This document shows, in pieces, positions 18,846 to 28,336 of a DNA stretch of 60,790 nucleotides. Positions within the stretch are counted from its first letter, which is position 1, and each line of letters opens with the position of its first letter. The translations under genes and the position numbers were made by a program. The notes beneath the pieces were generated by a model that did no database searches, was not told where the DNA came from, and saw nothing but the letters and a program-made list of their open reading frames with translations. Where the stretch lies: positions 1 to 60,790 of the IMG/VR virus record IMGVR_UViG_3300025018_000166; one strand, 5' to 3'. Source of the stretch: a virus (Duplodnaviria > Caudoviricetes).

Positions 18846-19379
18846 TTAGTCGAGCGCGCCCAGGGGAACATCGAGGGTGAATGCGAGGGCAGTGAGGGTG
18901 TCCAGCACGCCGTTCCCTTTGACGGTTAGGCGGTGGTCGGGTGTGACCAGGCGAGCGTCAACCCAGGCGGGCGGGTGGTCGCAGGGTCCAGCGCGAAGGG
19001 CAAGGAGGATGTATACAAGTGCGAGCGCCCGCAGACCCTCAGCATGCACGAGGTCGTGGGGGTCGATTCGGAAGGCGCGCAACCGTTCGAGGTGTTCGAG
19101 GACGCGCGCGCCCTTCGCGGTGACGCCGCCCTCGTCGGCGATGCCTTGCTCGCGCCATGCGCGGGGGATGCGGCCGGGCGCGAGGTCGTGCGCGCGGAGG
19201 TTCGCGGCGCCTTCGGGCAGGTCGAGGATCGAGAGCGCGTCCGCGAGGTGCTTCGGGCGGGCGCGGTAGCGGGTGTCGCCGTGCACGGCGCGGCCGGGGG
19301 GGCGCATGCGCGTGCGCTGGACCGGCACGAGGTCCGGCCAGAGCGCCCCTTGCCGCGCGAGGTCATGGCGCGAGCGCAT
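18846..19379 (-). CDS. hypothetical protein
   Basis: ORF within the leftward operon; repeated xTxKG winged-helix-like ends. Confidence 0.6.
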   Translation of the reverse strand: MRSRHDLARQGALWPDLVPVQRTRMRPPGRAVHGDTRYRARPKHLADALSILDLPEGAANLRAHDLAPGRIPRAWREQGIADEGGVTAKGARVLEHLERLRAFRIDPHDLVHAEGLRALALVYILLALRAGPCDHPPAWVDARLVTPDHRLTVKGNGVLDTLTALAFTLDVPLGALD

Positions 19380-20154
19380 ACTGCACCTGGCGGCGGTGTT
19401 CGCGCGCTCGGGCGCGGGCGCGTTCTGCGTCGATCACGTGCGCGAGTTGCCGGGTGTCATCCTCAAGGTGCCGAGCGTAGGCGCGGTGCGCATCCTCGAT
19501 CCACCACGGGTCGGGGAACAGCCTCGCGAGGTGCGCGATGTAGACGTTGCCGGTGCCGCCGCAGCCTGCGCGCGCGAGGGCTTTCGCGAGGTCTACGACG
19601 TGCACGTGCACGACGCGCGCAGCGATGGGGATGGGCAGCATCCCGAACGGTTGATCGAGCGGTTCGATCAGCCGGAAGCACGCGTTGCTTGCGCTCCATC
19701 GGCCCCGAACGACGTCCGGGTACGCGTGCAGGCGCAGGTTCGCGAGGGTCGGTTCTTTCGCGTCGATGCGCGTCACGTGCGCTTCGTGCAGGTCGCCGTG
19801 CTGATCCATCGCGAGCACGTGCTTGCGGGGCCGCGCGCGGAAGCTGATCTCGAAGGACTTCAGGTACGCGTACACCTTGCCGGGCCGCAGGTCGGCGTCG
19901 CGTTCGACTTCCGCGAGGGTCCGGTCGCCGCGCCGCAGGAGCGCGTTCAGGAGGTGCGCACGATTCTCAGGGTTCGCCCACCACACGTGCGCTTCGTGCG
20001 CGTTGTCGCTCGGTCGGGTGCCGCGCAGAACCGCGATGGAGTCCGCGTACACACCGAGCGGTTCCGTGAGCAGGCGCGCGATGGTCGGATGCGAGGGCGC
20101 GTTCTGCCATTCGCCGTAGGGGTCGATGCGGGAGAGGTCAACGGCGGGCGGCAT
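19363..20154 (-). CDS. hypothetical protein
   Basis: ORF within the leftward operon; codon bias on -. Confidence 0.7.
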   Translation of the reverse strand: MPPAVDLSRIDPYGEWQNAPSHPTIARLLTEPLGVYADSIAVLRGTRPSDNAHEAHVWWANPENRAHLLNALLRRGDRTLAEVERDADLRPGKVYAYLKSFEISFRARPRKHVLAMDQHGDLHEAHVTRIDAKEPTLANLRLHAYPDVVRGRWSASNACFRLIEPLDQPFGMLPIPIAARVVHVHVVDLAKALARAGCGGTGNVYIAHLARLFPDPWWIEDAHRAYARHLEDDTRQLAHVIDAERARARAREHRRQVQYALAP

Positions 20155-20167
20155 CAGGGATCCGGGG

Positions 20168-20383
20168 TCAGTCGGCCTCAGCCGGGGCGTTCAGGGCTTC
20201 CTGGATCCGCACCAGCGTGCCGAGGCGGATGCGGTCCCGGTTTGTGTTCGCGCGGAGGTTGTAGAGCGTCGTTCGGCCCACCCCGGCGCGTTTCGCGAGC
20301 GCGGTCAGTTCCTTACCGCTGAGCGCGCGAATCGCGTCGTGGATGCGGCGCACGTCGAGCGGAGCGTCGGGGAATGAATCCAT
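20168..20383 (-). CDS. Cro/XRE-like HTH regulator
   Basis: LTALAKRAGVGRTTLYNL..IRLGTLVRIQEAL; TATGCT box shortly upstream. Confidence 0.75.
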   Translation of the reverse strand: MDSFPDAPLDVRRIHDAIRALSGKELTALAKRAGVGRTTLYNLRANTNRDRIRLGTLVRIQEALNAPAEAD

Positions 20384-20442
20384 GTCGTCCCGAGCATAGG
20401 ACACCCGCGGCCGTACCGCAAGCGGGACGGCCACGGCGGGTG

Positions 20443-21846
20443 TCACGAGTGGCTAGGGTGCGGCGCCGCATCGTGCCGCGCGAGGTCACGGAACGACGTG
20501 TGCTCACCCGTCCACTGCGTCCGAACGGTTGCGAGCGGACCGTTGCGGTTCTTGGCGATGATGAACTCGGCGATGCCCGCCTCCGTCGAGTTCGGATCGT
20601 AGTAGTCGTCGCGGTAGATGAAGATGACCGCGTCCGCGTCCTGCTCGACGGCGCCGCTCTCGCGCAGGTCCGAAAGCATCGGGCGTTTGTTCGGGCGCTG
20701 CTCGACCTGGCGGCTCAGTTGGGAGAGCACGAGCACGGGGATGTCGAGTTCGCGCGCGAGCATCTTCAGCCCGCGGCTCATGGCGCTCACTTCCTGCACG
20801 CGATTCTCGCCACCGCCGGAGCGTTTGCCTTCGGGCGCGAGGAGTTGCAGGTAGTCCACGACGAGCAGATCGAGGCCGTCGCGCGCCATCATCAGCCGCG
20901 CCTTCGTCCGCAACTGCGTCACCGTCAGATCGCTCACGTCGTTGAACAGCAGCGACTTCGTGCTGATCCGCTGGATCGTGTCCGCGAGCCGGTCGATGTC
21001 GCGACCGCCAACGCGGCCGGACCGCACGCGTTCGAGGTTCACGCGGCCCTCGGTGGCGGCGAGGCGCAGGAACAAGTCCCGATCCGGCATTTCGAGCGAG
21101 AACACGCCGACGCTGGAGCCGCGCGACGCCGCGTGCCATGCCGCGCCGAGCGCCGCCGCGGTCTTGCCCATGCCGGGCCGCGCCGCGAGGACGTACACCG
21201 CGCCCTTCTGCCACCCGTGCAGCACCGCGTCGAGGTCCGCAAGGCCGGACGGGATCCCGGTCGGGGTGCCGTCGGCGGCGAGCAGCGCCGCGACGTACGC
21301 GGTGACGTCCGCGGCAACCTCGTCGGCGCGGCGGTAGTCGCCGGTGGCGACGCCGGTGAGCAGCCCCGCGAGCGCCGTTTGCGCTTGGCCGAGGACGGTT
21401 TCGGCGTCCTCCAGGCCCGCGCTCGCAAGGCTCACCATCTTATGCCCGACGGCGATCACTTGCCGCAGGCTCGCGTTCTTGCGCACGATCCCCGCGTAGT
21501 GCGTCGCGTACGCCGCCGTCGTCGTTCCCTCAGCGAGCGCGACGAGGTACCCGATGCTTCCGACCACTTCAAGGTCGCCACGGACGCGCAGGTGCTCGCT
21601 CACGGTCACGAGGTCGATGGCATCGCCCGCCTCGAACATCGCCGACAGCGCGCGGTAGATCACGCGATGCTTCTCGGAGTAGAACGCGCGGTCGCCGCCG
21701 AGGACGTTCTGCACGTCCGGCATGACTTCGGGATCGAGAAGGATGCTACCGAGGGTGCTGCGTTCCGCGTCGAGGTCGTGCGGCACCCGGTTCGCAAGCG
21801 CACCGCCGTCGTTCGAGGCGCCGGGCATCGCGCCGGGCGGCATCAT
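20443..21846 (-). CDS. dnaB: replicative DNA helicase
   Basis: PHDLDAERSTLG, ARPGMGKT, FSLEM, VDYLQL, LSQLSR, DLRESGAVEQDAD, KNRNG. Confidence 0.96.
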   Translation of the reverse strand: MMPPGAMPGASNDGGALANRVPHDLDAERSTLGSILLDPEVMPDVQNVLGGDRAFYSEKHRVIYRALSAMFEAGDAIDLVTVSEHLRVRGDLEVVGSIGYLVALAEGTTTAAYATHYAGIVRKNASLRQVIAVGHKMVSLASAGLEDAETVLGQAQTALAGLLTGVATGDYRRADEVAADVTAYVAALLAADGTPTGIPSGLADLDAVLHGWQKGAVYVLAARPGMGKTAAALGAAWHAASRGSSVGVFSLEMPDRDLFLRLAATEGRVNLERVRSGRVGGRDIDRLADTIQRISTKSLLFNDVSDLTVTQLRTKARLMMARDGLDLLVVDYLQLLAPEGKRSGGGENRVQEVSAMSRGLKMLARELDIPVLVLSQLSRQVEQRPNKRPMLSDLRESGAVEQDADAVIFIYRDDYYDPNSTEAGIAEFIIAKNRNGPLATVRTQWTGEHTSFRDLARHDAAPHPSHS

Positions 21847-23057
21847 GCGCCGACCCCCGCGACGGGCGTCAGCAGCGACGTCATCCACGAGCGCGCGTCA
21901 CCTTCAAGCATCGCGAACTTGCCACCGTTCGTGATCGCATCCACACGAGCCTCCAGTCCATCGGGCGTGCGTACCACGCCGCCTTCCACGACGCCCGCGG
22001 GCGCGCCGGTTGCGACGCGCACCGCGGGTGCGGCTTGGGTTGCGGTCGCGAGCGTGCGCGACACCGTCTGCCCGGACAGCGCGTTCACGAAGTACCAGAA
22101 CGGCTCCTTGCCGGTGTCGTTCGCGAGGGCTTCCTGCCACAAGCGCATGAGCACTTCCGCGCCGTGAAGCCGGTACCAGCCGAGCATGCGGTTCCTGACG
22201 GACGCGTACCCCATCTGCCGCGCATCCCAGATGCTCGCGAAGAACGCACGCGCTTCGTGCGCGGCGTGCTTCGCGCCGCCCTCGCCGCGCATCATCGCCG
22301 CGAACGACGCCTCATCGCTCACCGCCGGATCGTCCGCAGCATGAACCGCCCGCGAACGTGCCCTTCGTTCGCGGGCGGGCTGGACTTCGGGGATGCCGAC
22401 CATGTCCAAGTCCCAGGACTCCGAGGCGTCGAGGGTCGAGTCCACGTGATCAGCCGCGCGTTCGAGGACGGCTGGCTGGCTAGCTTGAAGATCTTGACTT
22501 CCTTCGTCGGTCGCTGGGACCGCACCTGCGGTCGCCGGGACCGCACGTGCGGTCGCTCCGACCGCACCCCCACCTTCAGGTGCGGTCGCTGGGACCGCAC
22601 CTCGGACCAGGGGTGCGGTCGCACGGACCGCAGGTGCGGTCGCTGGGACCGCACCCCCCTTGCCGACCGGATCGGTAGGTGCGGTCGCTGGGACCGCACG
22701 TGCGGTCGCTCCGACCGCACCTACCCGGCCCGTCCAGCGGTATTCGGTCGGTGCGCCCGGCCGCTTGTCGGCGATGAACAGCCCGACCTCGACCAACCGA
22801 TCCTGAGCGGCGCGCACCCGTTTCGCGCTCATCCTCAACGCCGGACCCATGGATCGCGCGCTCTCGAAGCACGCGCCGTGCTCACCCGCGCGACGCATCA
22901 TCCGCGTCAGCACCGCGCGAGCGTACGGGTCGATCCCATAGGCTTCGAGGAGGTCATCGAGCACGGCCGGAACGAAAGGGGCGGGGATGGGATTGCCAGA
23001 AAAGTCGTCCTGCACGTTGGGCGTCCCTTCGGGGTCGCCGGTCGTTCCTGCGTGCAC
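21843..23057 (-). CDS. phage replication initiator (N-terminal winged helix, iteron-encoded linker)
   Basis: CFESARSM..LRMSAKRV..LVEVGLF; ATGA-coupled to dnaB; AVPATAP repeats; start uncertain. Confidence 0.75.
   Translation of the reverse strand: MHAGTTGDPEGTPNVQDDFSGNPIPAPFVPAVLDDLLEAYGIDPYARAVLTRMMRRAGEHGACFESARSMGPALRMSAKRVRAAQDRLVEVGLFIADKRPGAPTEYRWTGRVGAVGATARAVPATAPTDPVGKGGAVPATAPAVRATAPLVRGAVPATAPEGGGAVGATARAVPATAGAVPATDEGSQDLQASQPAVLERAADHVDSTLDASESWDLDMVGIPEVQPARERRARSRAVHAADDPAVSDEASFAAMMRGEGGAKHAAHEARAFFASIWDARQMGYASVRNRMLGWYRLHGAEVLMRLWQEALANDTGKEPFWYFVNALSGQTVSRTLATATQAAPAVRVATGAPAGVVEGGVVRTPDGLEARVDAITNGGKFAMLEGDARSWMTSLLTPVAGVGA
22505..22720. repeat. eight 21-bp palindromic iterons, probable replication origin
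   Basis: GTGCGGTC-N5-GACCGCAC at 22505, 22526, 22547, 22580, 22613, 22634, 22679 and 22700. Confidence 0.8.
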
Positions 23058-23234
23058 ACCCCCGAAGCCGTGTGGTACGGTACGGCTGTCCAGGCCCCTC
23101 GGTCACGTGGCTTCGGGGGATGCGCGATCAGGTTGCGACCGGCAGCCCGCCCCACCTTTCGAGGTGGGGCGTTCGCTTGGTAGGAGCCACCGTACACCCA
23201 GCGTCCGATGCGCGGCAAGAGGGTGGCGCCGTGT

Positions 23235-23264
23235 CACGGCACGCGCGGCTAGGGTGAGTGCATG
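23235..23264 (+). promoter_or_regulatory. Class-2 leaderless (late-type) promoter of the portal gene
   Basis: CACGG-N9-CTAGGGT-6 nt-ATG; the same geometry recurs before many structural genes. Confidence 0.7.
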
Positions 23265-25124
23265 ACCAAGGCCCGGCGCTACTTCGCGCGCAAACCCTCC
23301 GACACGCCCGCTGGAACGCCCGACTTCACCAGCGCCTCGCGCGTGCTCATGGATCGGCGCGCACCCGCCGACGAGCGCGCCGACGCGGAAGCGGTGGCCG
23401 CGCAGGCGACAGCGCCGTTCGCGAAGGGCATCGACCCCGACCAGATGCTCGCGTGGGCGCAACGCCTCGCGAAAGCCGAGGACGCGAACGCGCGCCGCGC
23501 GGGCGCCGCCGCCGCGGAGCGCCTGATCAAGCCGCTCAGTCAGGGCATGACGCCGGGCATGGCGAAGCAGGTGGTGACGCTCAGCCCCGAGGAGTCCCGA
23601 ACCGTGTGGCTCCAGCGCCCCGTCGGCCTCGACTTCCCACGGTTGCGGCACATCATCCGCAACGACGTCGTGCTGCGCAGCATCATCTGGACGCGCATCA
23701 GCCAGGTCACGCGGTTCCTGACGCCATCACAGGACGAATGGAAGCCCGGCTTCCGGTTGCGGTACCGCGATCCGAACCGGCAGGTGAACGACAGCGATGC
23801 CGACCGCTTCTGGTGGCTCACCCAGTACGTGATGAACAGCGGCGCCGAGTTCAACACGCGGCGCCGCCGGATGCTCAAACGCGACGGCCTCGTGGACTTC
23901 ACCGCGAAGCACCTTCAGGACTCCCTCGCGCTCGACGCGGCGCCGGTGGAGATCGTGCCGACCCTGAGTGGACGCACGCACGGCTGGGTCGCGGTGGACG
24001 GGGGCCGCACGTACCTCACCGATCCCGTGTACGGCCTCGAAGGGCACGAGGAACGCCCGGAACTCATGGACAAGTACGGGATCGAGTTGCCGGACGCGGA
24101 GCAGACCATCGCGATCCTCACCCGCGAGGGCCGCATCCAGGCGTGGTACACGCACGACGACCTGCTCTACCCGGTCAGGCGCCCCACGTCCGATCACTCG
24201 TGGATGGGGTACGGCCAACCCGAGGTCGAGGAACTGATCCGGGTCGTGACCGCGTTCCTGAACGCGATGGAACTCAACGCGCGCGGCTTCACGCACAACA
24301 GCATCCCGCAGGGCATCCTCACGCTGTTCGGGGACTTCGCGGATCAGGACATTCAGCAACTCCGCGAGGAATGGGACGCATGGACTTCGGGCGTGAGCAA
24401 CCGTTGGCGCCTGCCCGTGCTCGTGAGCAAGGAACGCGAGAGCGGCGCGACGTTCGTCGGCACCGGCCAGAACTTCACCGAGATGATGTTCTCGCGGTGG
24501 ATGACGTTCCTGGTGTCCCTCAAGACGGCGCTGTACCTCATGGACCCGGAGGAGATCAACTTCGACGCGTTCACGAGCCGCGGCGCGAGCCTCAGCGGCA
24601 GCGACACCGAGGAACGCATCACCAGCAGCAAGGACAAGGGCTTGTACCCGCTCCTGACGTTCTACGGCAACACCCTCAACGAACTCGTGCAAACCGTAGA
24701 CGAAGAAGTCGAACTGTACTGGACCGGCCTCCTGCCCGATCAACAGTCGATGAAGCAGGACGAGGGCATCGGCGCGACGTTCGGGGAGTTCCGCCTCAAG
24801 CGCGGCTTGCCGCTACACCCCGTCGAGATCCTGAACGACGCACCCCTCAACCCCGGCTTGCAGGGCATCTACATGCAGGCCGCGCAACCGCAGCAGCCGA
24901 TGGCCGGACCGCCACCGGCCGGTGGTGATGCGGACGAGGACGGCAACCGCGTGATGATGGACGGCGAGGGCAACCCCATGCAAGTGATGCCCGGCCAGGA
25001 CAACCCGGAGATGCAGCAGGAGCAGGGCGAGCAGCCGCAAACGGAACCGCAGATGCCCGAGGACGAGAGCGTAATGGGCAAGGCGGTCAGCCACGACGGC
25101 CAAGCGAGCCTCTGGTGGCCGTGA
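23262..25124 (+). CDS. portal protein
   Basis: DSLALD..EIV, AVDG, GYGQPEVE, FTHNSIPQGIL, EMMFSRWM..LYLMDPEEINF, SKDKGLYPLL. Confidence 0.9.
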   Translation: MTKARRYFARKPSDTPAGTPDFTSASRVLMDRRAPADERADAEAVAAQATAPFAKGIDPDQMLAWAQRLAKAEDANARRAGAAAAERLIKPLSQGMTPGMAKQVVTLSPEESRTVWLQRPVGLDFPRLRHIIRNDVVLRSIIWTRISQVTRFLTPSQDEWKPGFRLRYRDPNRQVNDSDADRFWWLTQYVMNSGAEFNTRRRRMLKRDGLVDFTAKHLQDSLALDAAPVEIVPTLSGRTHGWVAVDGGRTYLTDPVYGLEGHEERPELMDKYGIELPDAEQTIAILTREGRIQAWYTHDDLLYPVRRPTSDHSWMGYGQPEVEELIRVVTAFLNAMELNARGFTHNSIPQGILTLFGDFADQDIQQLREEWDAWTSGVSNRWRLPVLVSKERESGATFVGTGQNFTEMMFSRWMTFLVSLKTALYLMDPEEINFDAFTSRGASLSGSDTEERITSSKDKGLYPLLTFYGNTLNELVQTVDEEVELYWTGLLPDQQSMKQDEGIGATFGEFRLKRGLPLHPVEILNDAPLNPGLQGIYMQAAQPQQPMAGPPPAGGDADEDGNRVMMDGEGNPMQVMPGQDNPEMQQEQGEQPQTEPQMPEDESVMGKAVSHDGQASLWWP

Positions 25125-25125
25125 C

Positions 25126-26223
25126 GTGAGCAGCGAGCACGACATCTGGACGCAGGACGACGATCCGCTCCTGGGCATGCTCGAAACGGACGCGTACGAC
25201 CTCGGCAGCGGCTACCTGCAACGCGTGCATCGCGAAGCGCACGCCGCCCTCGGCCTGCCCGCCCTCACCCGCGGCGCGCTCGCGAGCGCGTACCCGTCCG
25301 TCACCATCGCGAAGGCGCTCGATGATCGCGACCGCGAAGCCCTGCTCAACCGCGCGTACGGCGTCCTCCGCGACCTCAACGCGCGCCGCCGAGCCGGAGA
25401 GCCGGTCACGGTGCCACCCGACCAGTACGACGCCCTCGCGGACGGCGCCACGAGCCGATGGCTCGCCGAGGGGCGCCTGAAGGACCGCGCGGAGAAGACC
25501 GCCGTCGCTCAGTACCTCGTCGGCCGCATGCGCGGCGCCGCCGCCACCCGCGACGCCGCCACCCTCGACGGCATCACCGCCGATCCGCGCGCCGCCCTGC
25601 GCGCCGCGCCCGGCATCGTCGGCGACCGCGCCGCGCTTCAGATCGAGTACGCCGAACACCGCGCCGCCGCGTACGTCACCCGCCTCGCCGACGACGCCCG
25701 CGAACGCATGCGGCAGACGTTGTACGCGTGGGAGATGAACGGTGCGCGCTCGACCGCGCACCTGGAGAGCACGCTGCGCGATCAGTTCGCGACCCTCAAT
25801 CGCGACTGGCGCCGCATCGCGATCACCGAGGCGGCGTTCCATCGCAACAACGGCTTCCTCGCGAGCCTCAAGCCCGGCACCCGCGTGCGCTGGAGCGCCG
25901 CCGCGGACGCCTGCCGCCACTGCCGCAAGTTGGACGGTCGCGAGTTCGAGGTCGTGGACCCCAGCGATCCGAACCGCAACGACGAGAAGCACGTGTGGAC
26001 CGGGAAGGTGCGAGTTGGGTACCGCATCTACCGCGACGAGGACACCGGCGAGTACGTGATCGAGTACCCCGCGATCCCTCTGCACCCGCACTGCCGGTGC
26101 GGCTGGAAGGTGTACGCGGATCCGCTCGCGAGCCTGCCGAAGCAGGAACGCGACCGCGTAGAAGCGCAGATGCGCACGGCGACGTTCGCGATGCGCGCCG
26201 CCGCACGCGACTTCGTGCTGTAA
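25126..26223 (+). CDS. MuF/SPP1 gp7-like head morphogenesis protein
   Basis: LNRDWRRIAITE, ACRHC, IPLHPHCRC. Confidence 0.88.
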   Translation: MSSEHDIWTQDDDPLLGMLETDAYDLGSGYLQRVHREAHAALGLPALTRGALASAYPSVTIAKALDDRDREALLNRAYGVLRDLNARRRAGEPVTVPPDQYDALADGATSRWLAEGRLKDRAEKTAVAQYLVGRMRGAAATRDAATLDGITADPRAALRAAPGIVGDRAALQIEYAEHRAAAYVTRLADDARERMRQTLYAWEMNGARSTAHLESTLRDQFATLNRDWRRIAITEAAFHRNNGFLASLKPGTRVRWSAAADACRHCRKLDGREFEVVDPSDPNRNDEKHVWTGKVRVGYRIYRDEDTGEYVIEYPAIPLHPHCRCGWKVYADPLASLPKQERDRVEAQMRTATFAMRAAARDFVL

Positions 26224-26260
26224 CCCTCGCCACATCCGGTATTGCCAACGGGTGACTACG

Positions 26261-26312
26261 TTGACGCGGACCCCTGCCGTCCCGTAACGTGGAACGCGGA
26301 GGTACGACCATG
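26261..26312 (+). promoter_or_regulatory. sigma70-type promoter with RBS (cassette variant lacking the palindrome)
   Basis: TTGACG-18 bp-TAACGT, GGAGGtacgaccATG 26310. Confidence 0.7.
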
Positions 26313-26714
26313 AACGAACTCATCGGCCCCACCCTCATCCTCGTCGGCGCCGCCAGCGTGGCGATCACCGCCGCCGTCGGCCTGAAGGACGTGCGCGCCA
26401 ACGCACGCCTCAACCGCGACCTCGACGCGTACACGCAGGATCCGCCGCCGCCAAACCCACCCCGACCGACGCCGCCGACGCCCGACCTGCCCCTCATCCG
26501 CGACGACGAGATCCCCGACGACCCCCGCGACCGGCTCGAACGCGCCATCATCCGCATGCGCGACTTCGCGGCCCGCACCCCCAGCGAAGCCGCGCACGAC
26601 CTCGTCGCCCGCAAGATCAAGGAAGCCGAGGAGCGCCTGGTCGAACTCAGCCACACCGGCACCCTCGACACCATCCGCGGCGCCCGCAGCGGCCTGCGCA
26701 CGTACAGCGCATGA
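26310..26714 (+). CDS. membrane-anchored hypothetical protein
   Basis: N-terminal hydrophobic helix; Pro-rich linker. Confidence 0.7.
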   Translation: MNELIGPTLILVGAASVAITAAVGLKDVRANARLNRDLDAYTQDPPPPNPPRPTPPTPDLPLIRDDEIPDDPRDRLERAIIRMRDFAARTPSEAAHDLVARKIKEAEERLVELSHTGTLDTIRGARSGLRTYSA

Positions 26715-27220
26715 CACCCGCCGAACTCGCCATCGCGCGCGCCTACCGCGACGCCGTCAGCGCGTACCGCGCCACCGCCGACGCGCTCCTCGCCAACCGG
26801 ACGAAGCGCGACGCGGTCGATGCCTACTTCGACGCACGCCGCACCCTCGCCAGCGTCGAAGCCAGCATCGACCTCGACCTGCGCCCCGACGCCACGGCCC
26901 CGGACCCCGTCGAGGCAGAGCACGGCATCGACCCCAGCACCCGCCCCGCGTTCCGCATGCCGCACCCGAGCGCCATGAAGGTCGCCGCCGTGTTCCCGGA
27001 CCCACAATCGGTGGACTTCGGCGTCCACATCACGAGCGACACCATCACCATCGACCGGAAGCACGCTCTCGCCCTGATCGGCGGCGCGCTCACCCTCGCG
27101 AACGACCTCGTCAAGCGCCAGCACCCCCGCAACGCCGCCCGCTACCGCGACGCCGCCCTCGCCCTCACCGAAGCCCTCGCCCTGCCGCCCCTCGCCGACG
27201 ACCCCACGGAGGAGTCATGA
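26711..27220 (+). CDS. hypothetical protein
   Basis: ATGA overlap; codon bias. Confidence 0.7.
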   Translation: MTPAELAIARAYRDAVSAYRATADALLANRTKRDAVDAYFDARRTLASVEASIDLDLRPDATAPDPVEAEHGIDPSTRPAFRMPHPSAMKVAAVFPDPQSVDFGVHITSDTITIDRKHALALIGGALTLANDLVKRQHPRNAARYRDAALALTEALALPPLADDPTEES

Positions 27221-27639
27221 CCAGCACCCGCCCCCGAACCTTCGCCCGCACCGTGATCGCCCTCGCCGCGCTCCTGTTCGCCACCGTCGGCGCCGCACAG
27301 ACCGGCACGAACTGGACCCCGCGCGAAGTCGCGTGGGTCATGGCGGACTTCATGGACGGCGTCATGACCGACGTGTGCCCCGGCGAACGCGAACGCGGCG
27401 TGCCCGAACCCACCTGCTTCTTCGTCACCCGCGGCACGTTCGGCGCGAAAAGCCTTCTGGACGACTTCGCGTACCGCATGATCGACTTCACGTGGGCCGG
27501 GAACTGGGACAGCCTCGGCAACATTCTCGGCCGCGGCGCCTACGCCACGAACCGGAACGGCGGAAGCGATCCGTTCTACATCATGGTCACGCCGCACCTC
27601 ACCGACTTCGCGCTCGTATGGGTGCTGGAGGACAAGTGA
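27217..27639 (+). CDS. exported hypothetical protein
   Basis: GGAGGAG RBS; signal peptide ending GAA-Q. Confidence 0.7.
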   Translation: MTSTRPRTFARTVIALAALLFATVGAAQTGTNWTPREVAWVMADFMDGVMTDVCPGERERGVPEPTCFFVTRGTFGAKSLLDDFAYRMIDFTWAGNWDSLGNILGRGAYATNRNGGSDPFYIMVTPHLTDFALVWVLEDK

Positions 27640-28121
27640 CCACCACCCCCACCGAACGCGCACCCCTGTTCGAGCACATCACCATCCACCTCACCGACGC
27701 GCTCGGCACGTCGTCCAGCATCACCGTCGCCGCCAGCAAATACTTCGACGTGCTCCGCGCCGTCGGCGCCCGCGGCATGTGGAGCGGCGACATCCCCCGC
27801 GGCGGCATCCGACTCCCGTACGCCAACGCCGACGACTTCGACTGGCGCCTGATCGGCGGACGCGAGTACACCGACCGCGACGGCAACCCGACCGTGTTCG
27901 CCCGCGGCCACTACTGGAAGCGCCGCGAACTCGCCGCGAACCCGAACAAGAACCTGCGCGCGATGGTCAAGTACAGCCGCGGCGCCCGCCCGTTCGACCC
28001 GCCCGACATCATCGAAGGCGACGAAGGCCAATCGTTCCGATACGTCACCCTCATCGTGTTCGCCGGGGACGGCCACAAGGACGAACGGTACGCCGACCCG
28101 CGACGGGCGGCAGCGTCGTGA
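27636..28121 (+). CDS. ddrB: DdrB-like single-stranded DNA binding/annealing protein
   Basis: SGDIPRGG..P..N..DFDWRLIG..RGH.W.RREL..VKYSRGA..DP..YVTL.VF.G..ERYA.P matches Deinococcus DdrB blocks recalled from memory; GGAGG RBS with GTGA overlap. Confidence 0.85.
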   Translation: MTTTPTERAPLFEHITIHLTDALGTSSSITVAASKYFDVLRAVGARGMWSGDIPRGGIRLPYANADDFDWRLIGGREYTDRDGNPTVFARGHYWKRRELAANPNKNLRAMVKYSRGARPFDPPDIIEGDEGQSFRYVTLIVFAGDGHKDERYADPRRAAAS

Positions 28122-28336
28122 CCCGCCCCGGCATGATGGGCGGCACCTTCAAGCGTGACGATCAGGCGCACGTGTTCGACCAGGGCAAGATCATCAACTG
28201 CGTTGTCGTCGCCGTCGCCGACAACGACGGCATCATCACCGTCACCCTCGACAGCGCGTACGGCATCCGCTACACCCTGCCCGCCGCCCAGGTCGGCCGC
28301 GGATGGCTCGCGGTCGGATCAGGAGGGCACGAATGA
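28118..28336 (+). CDS. small SH3-like hypothetical protein
   Basis: overlapping start and stop codons. Confidence 0.55.
   Translation: MTRPGMMGGTFKRDDQAHVFDQGKIINCVVVAVADNDGIITVTLDSAYGIRYTLPAAQVGRGWLAVGSGGHE

Noticed and set aside
22505-22720. CRISPR-like palindromic repeats
   Set aside because: Units are mostly adjacent without unique spacers, lie inside a coding frame, and no cas genes are present
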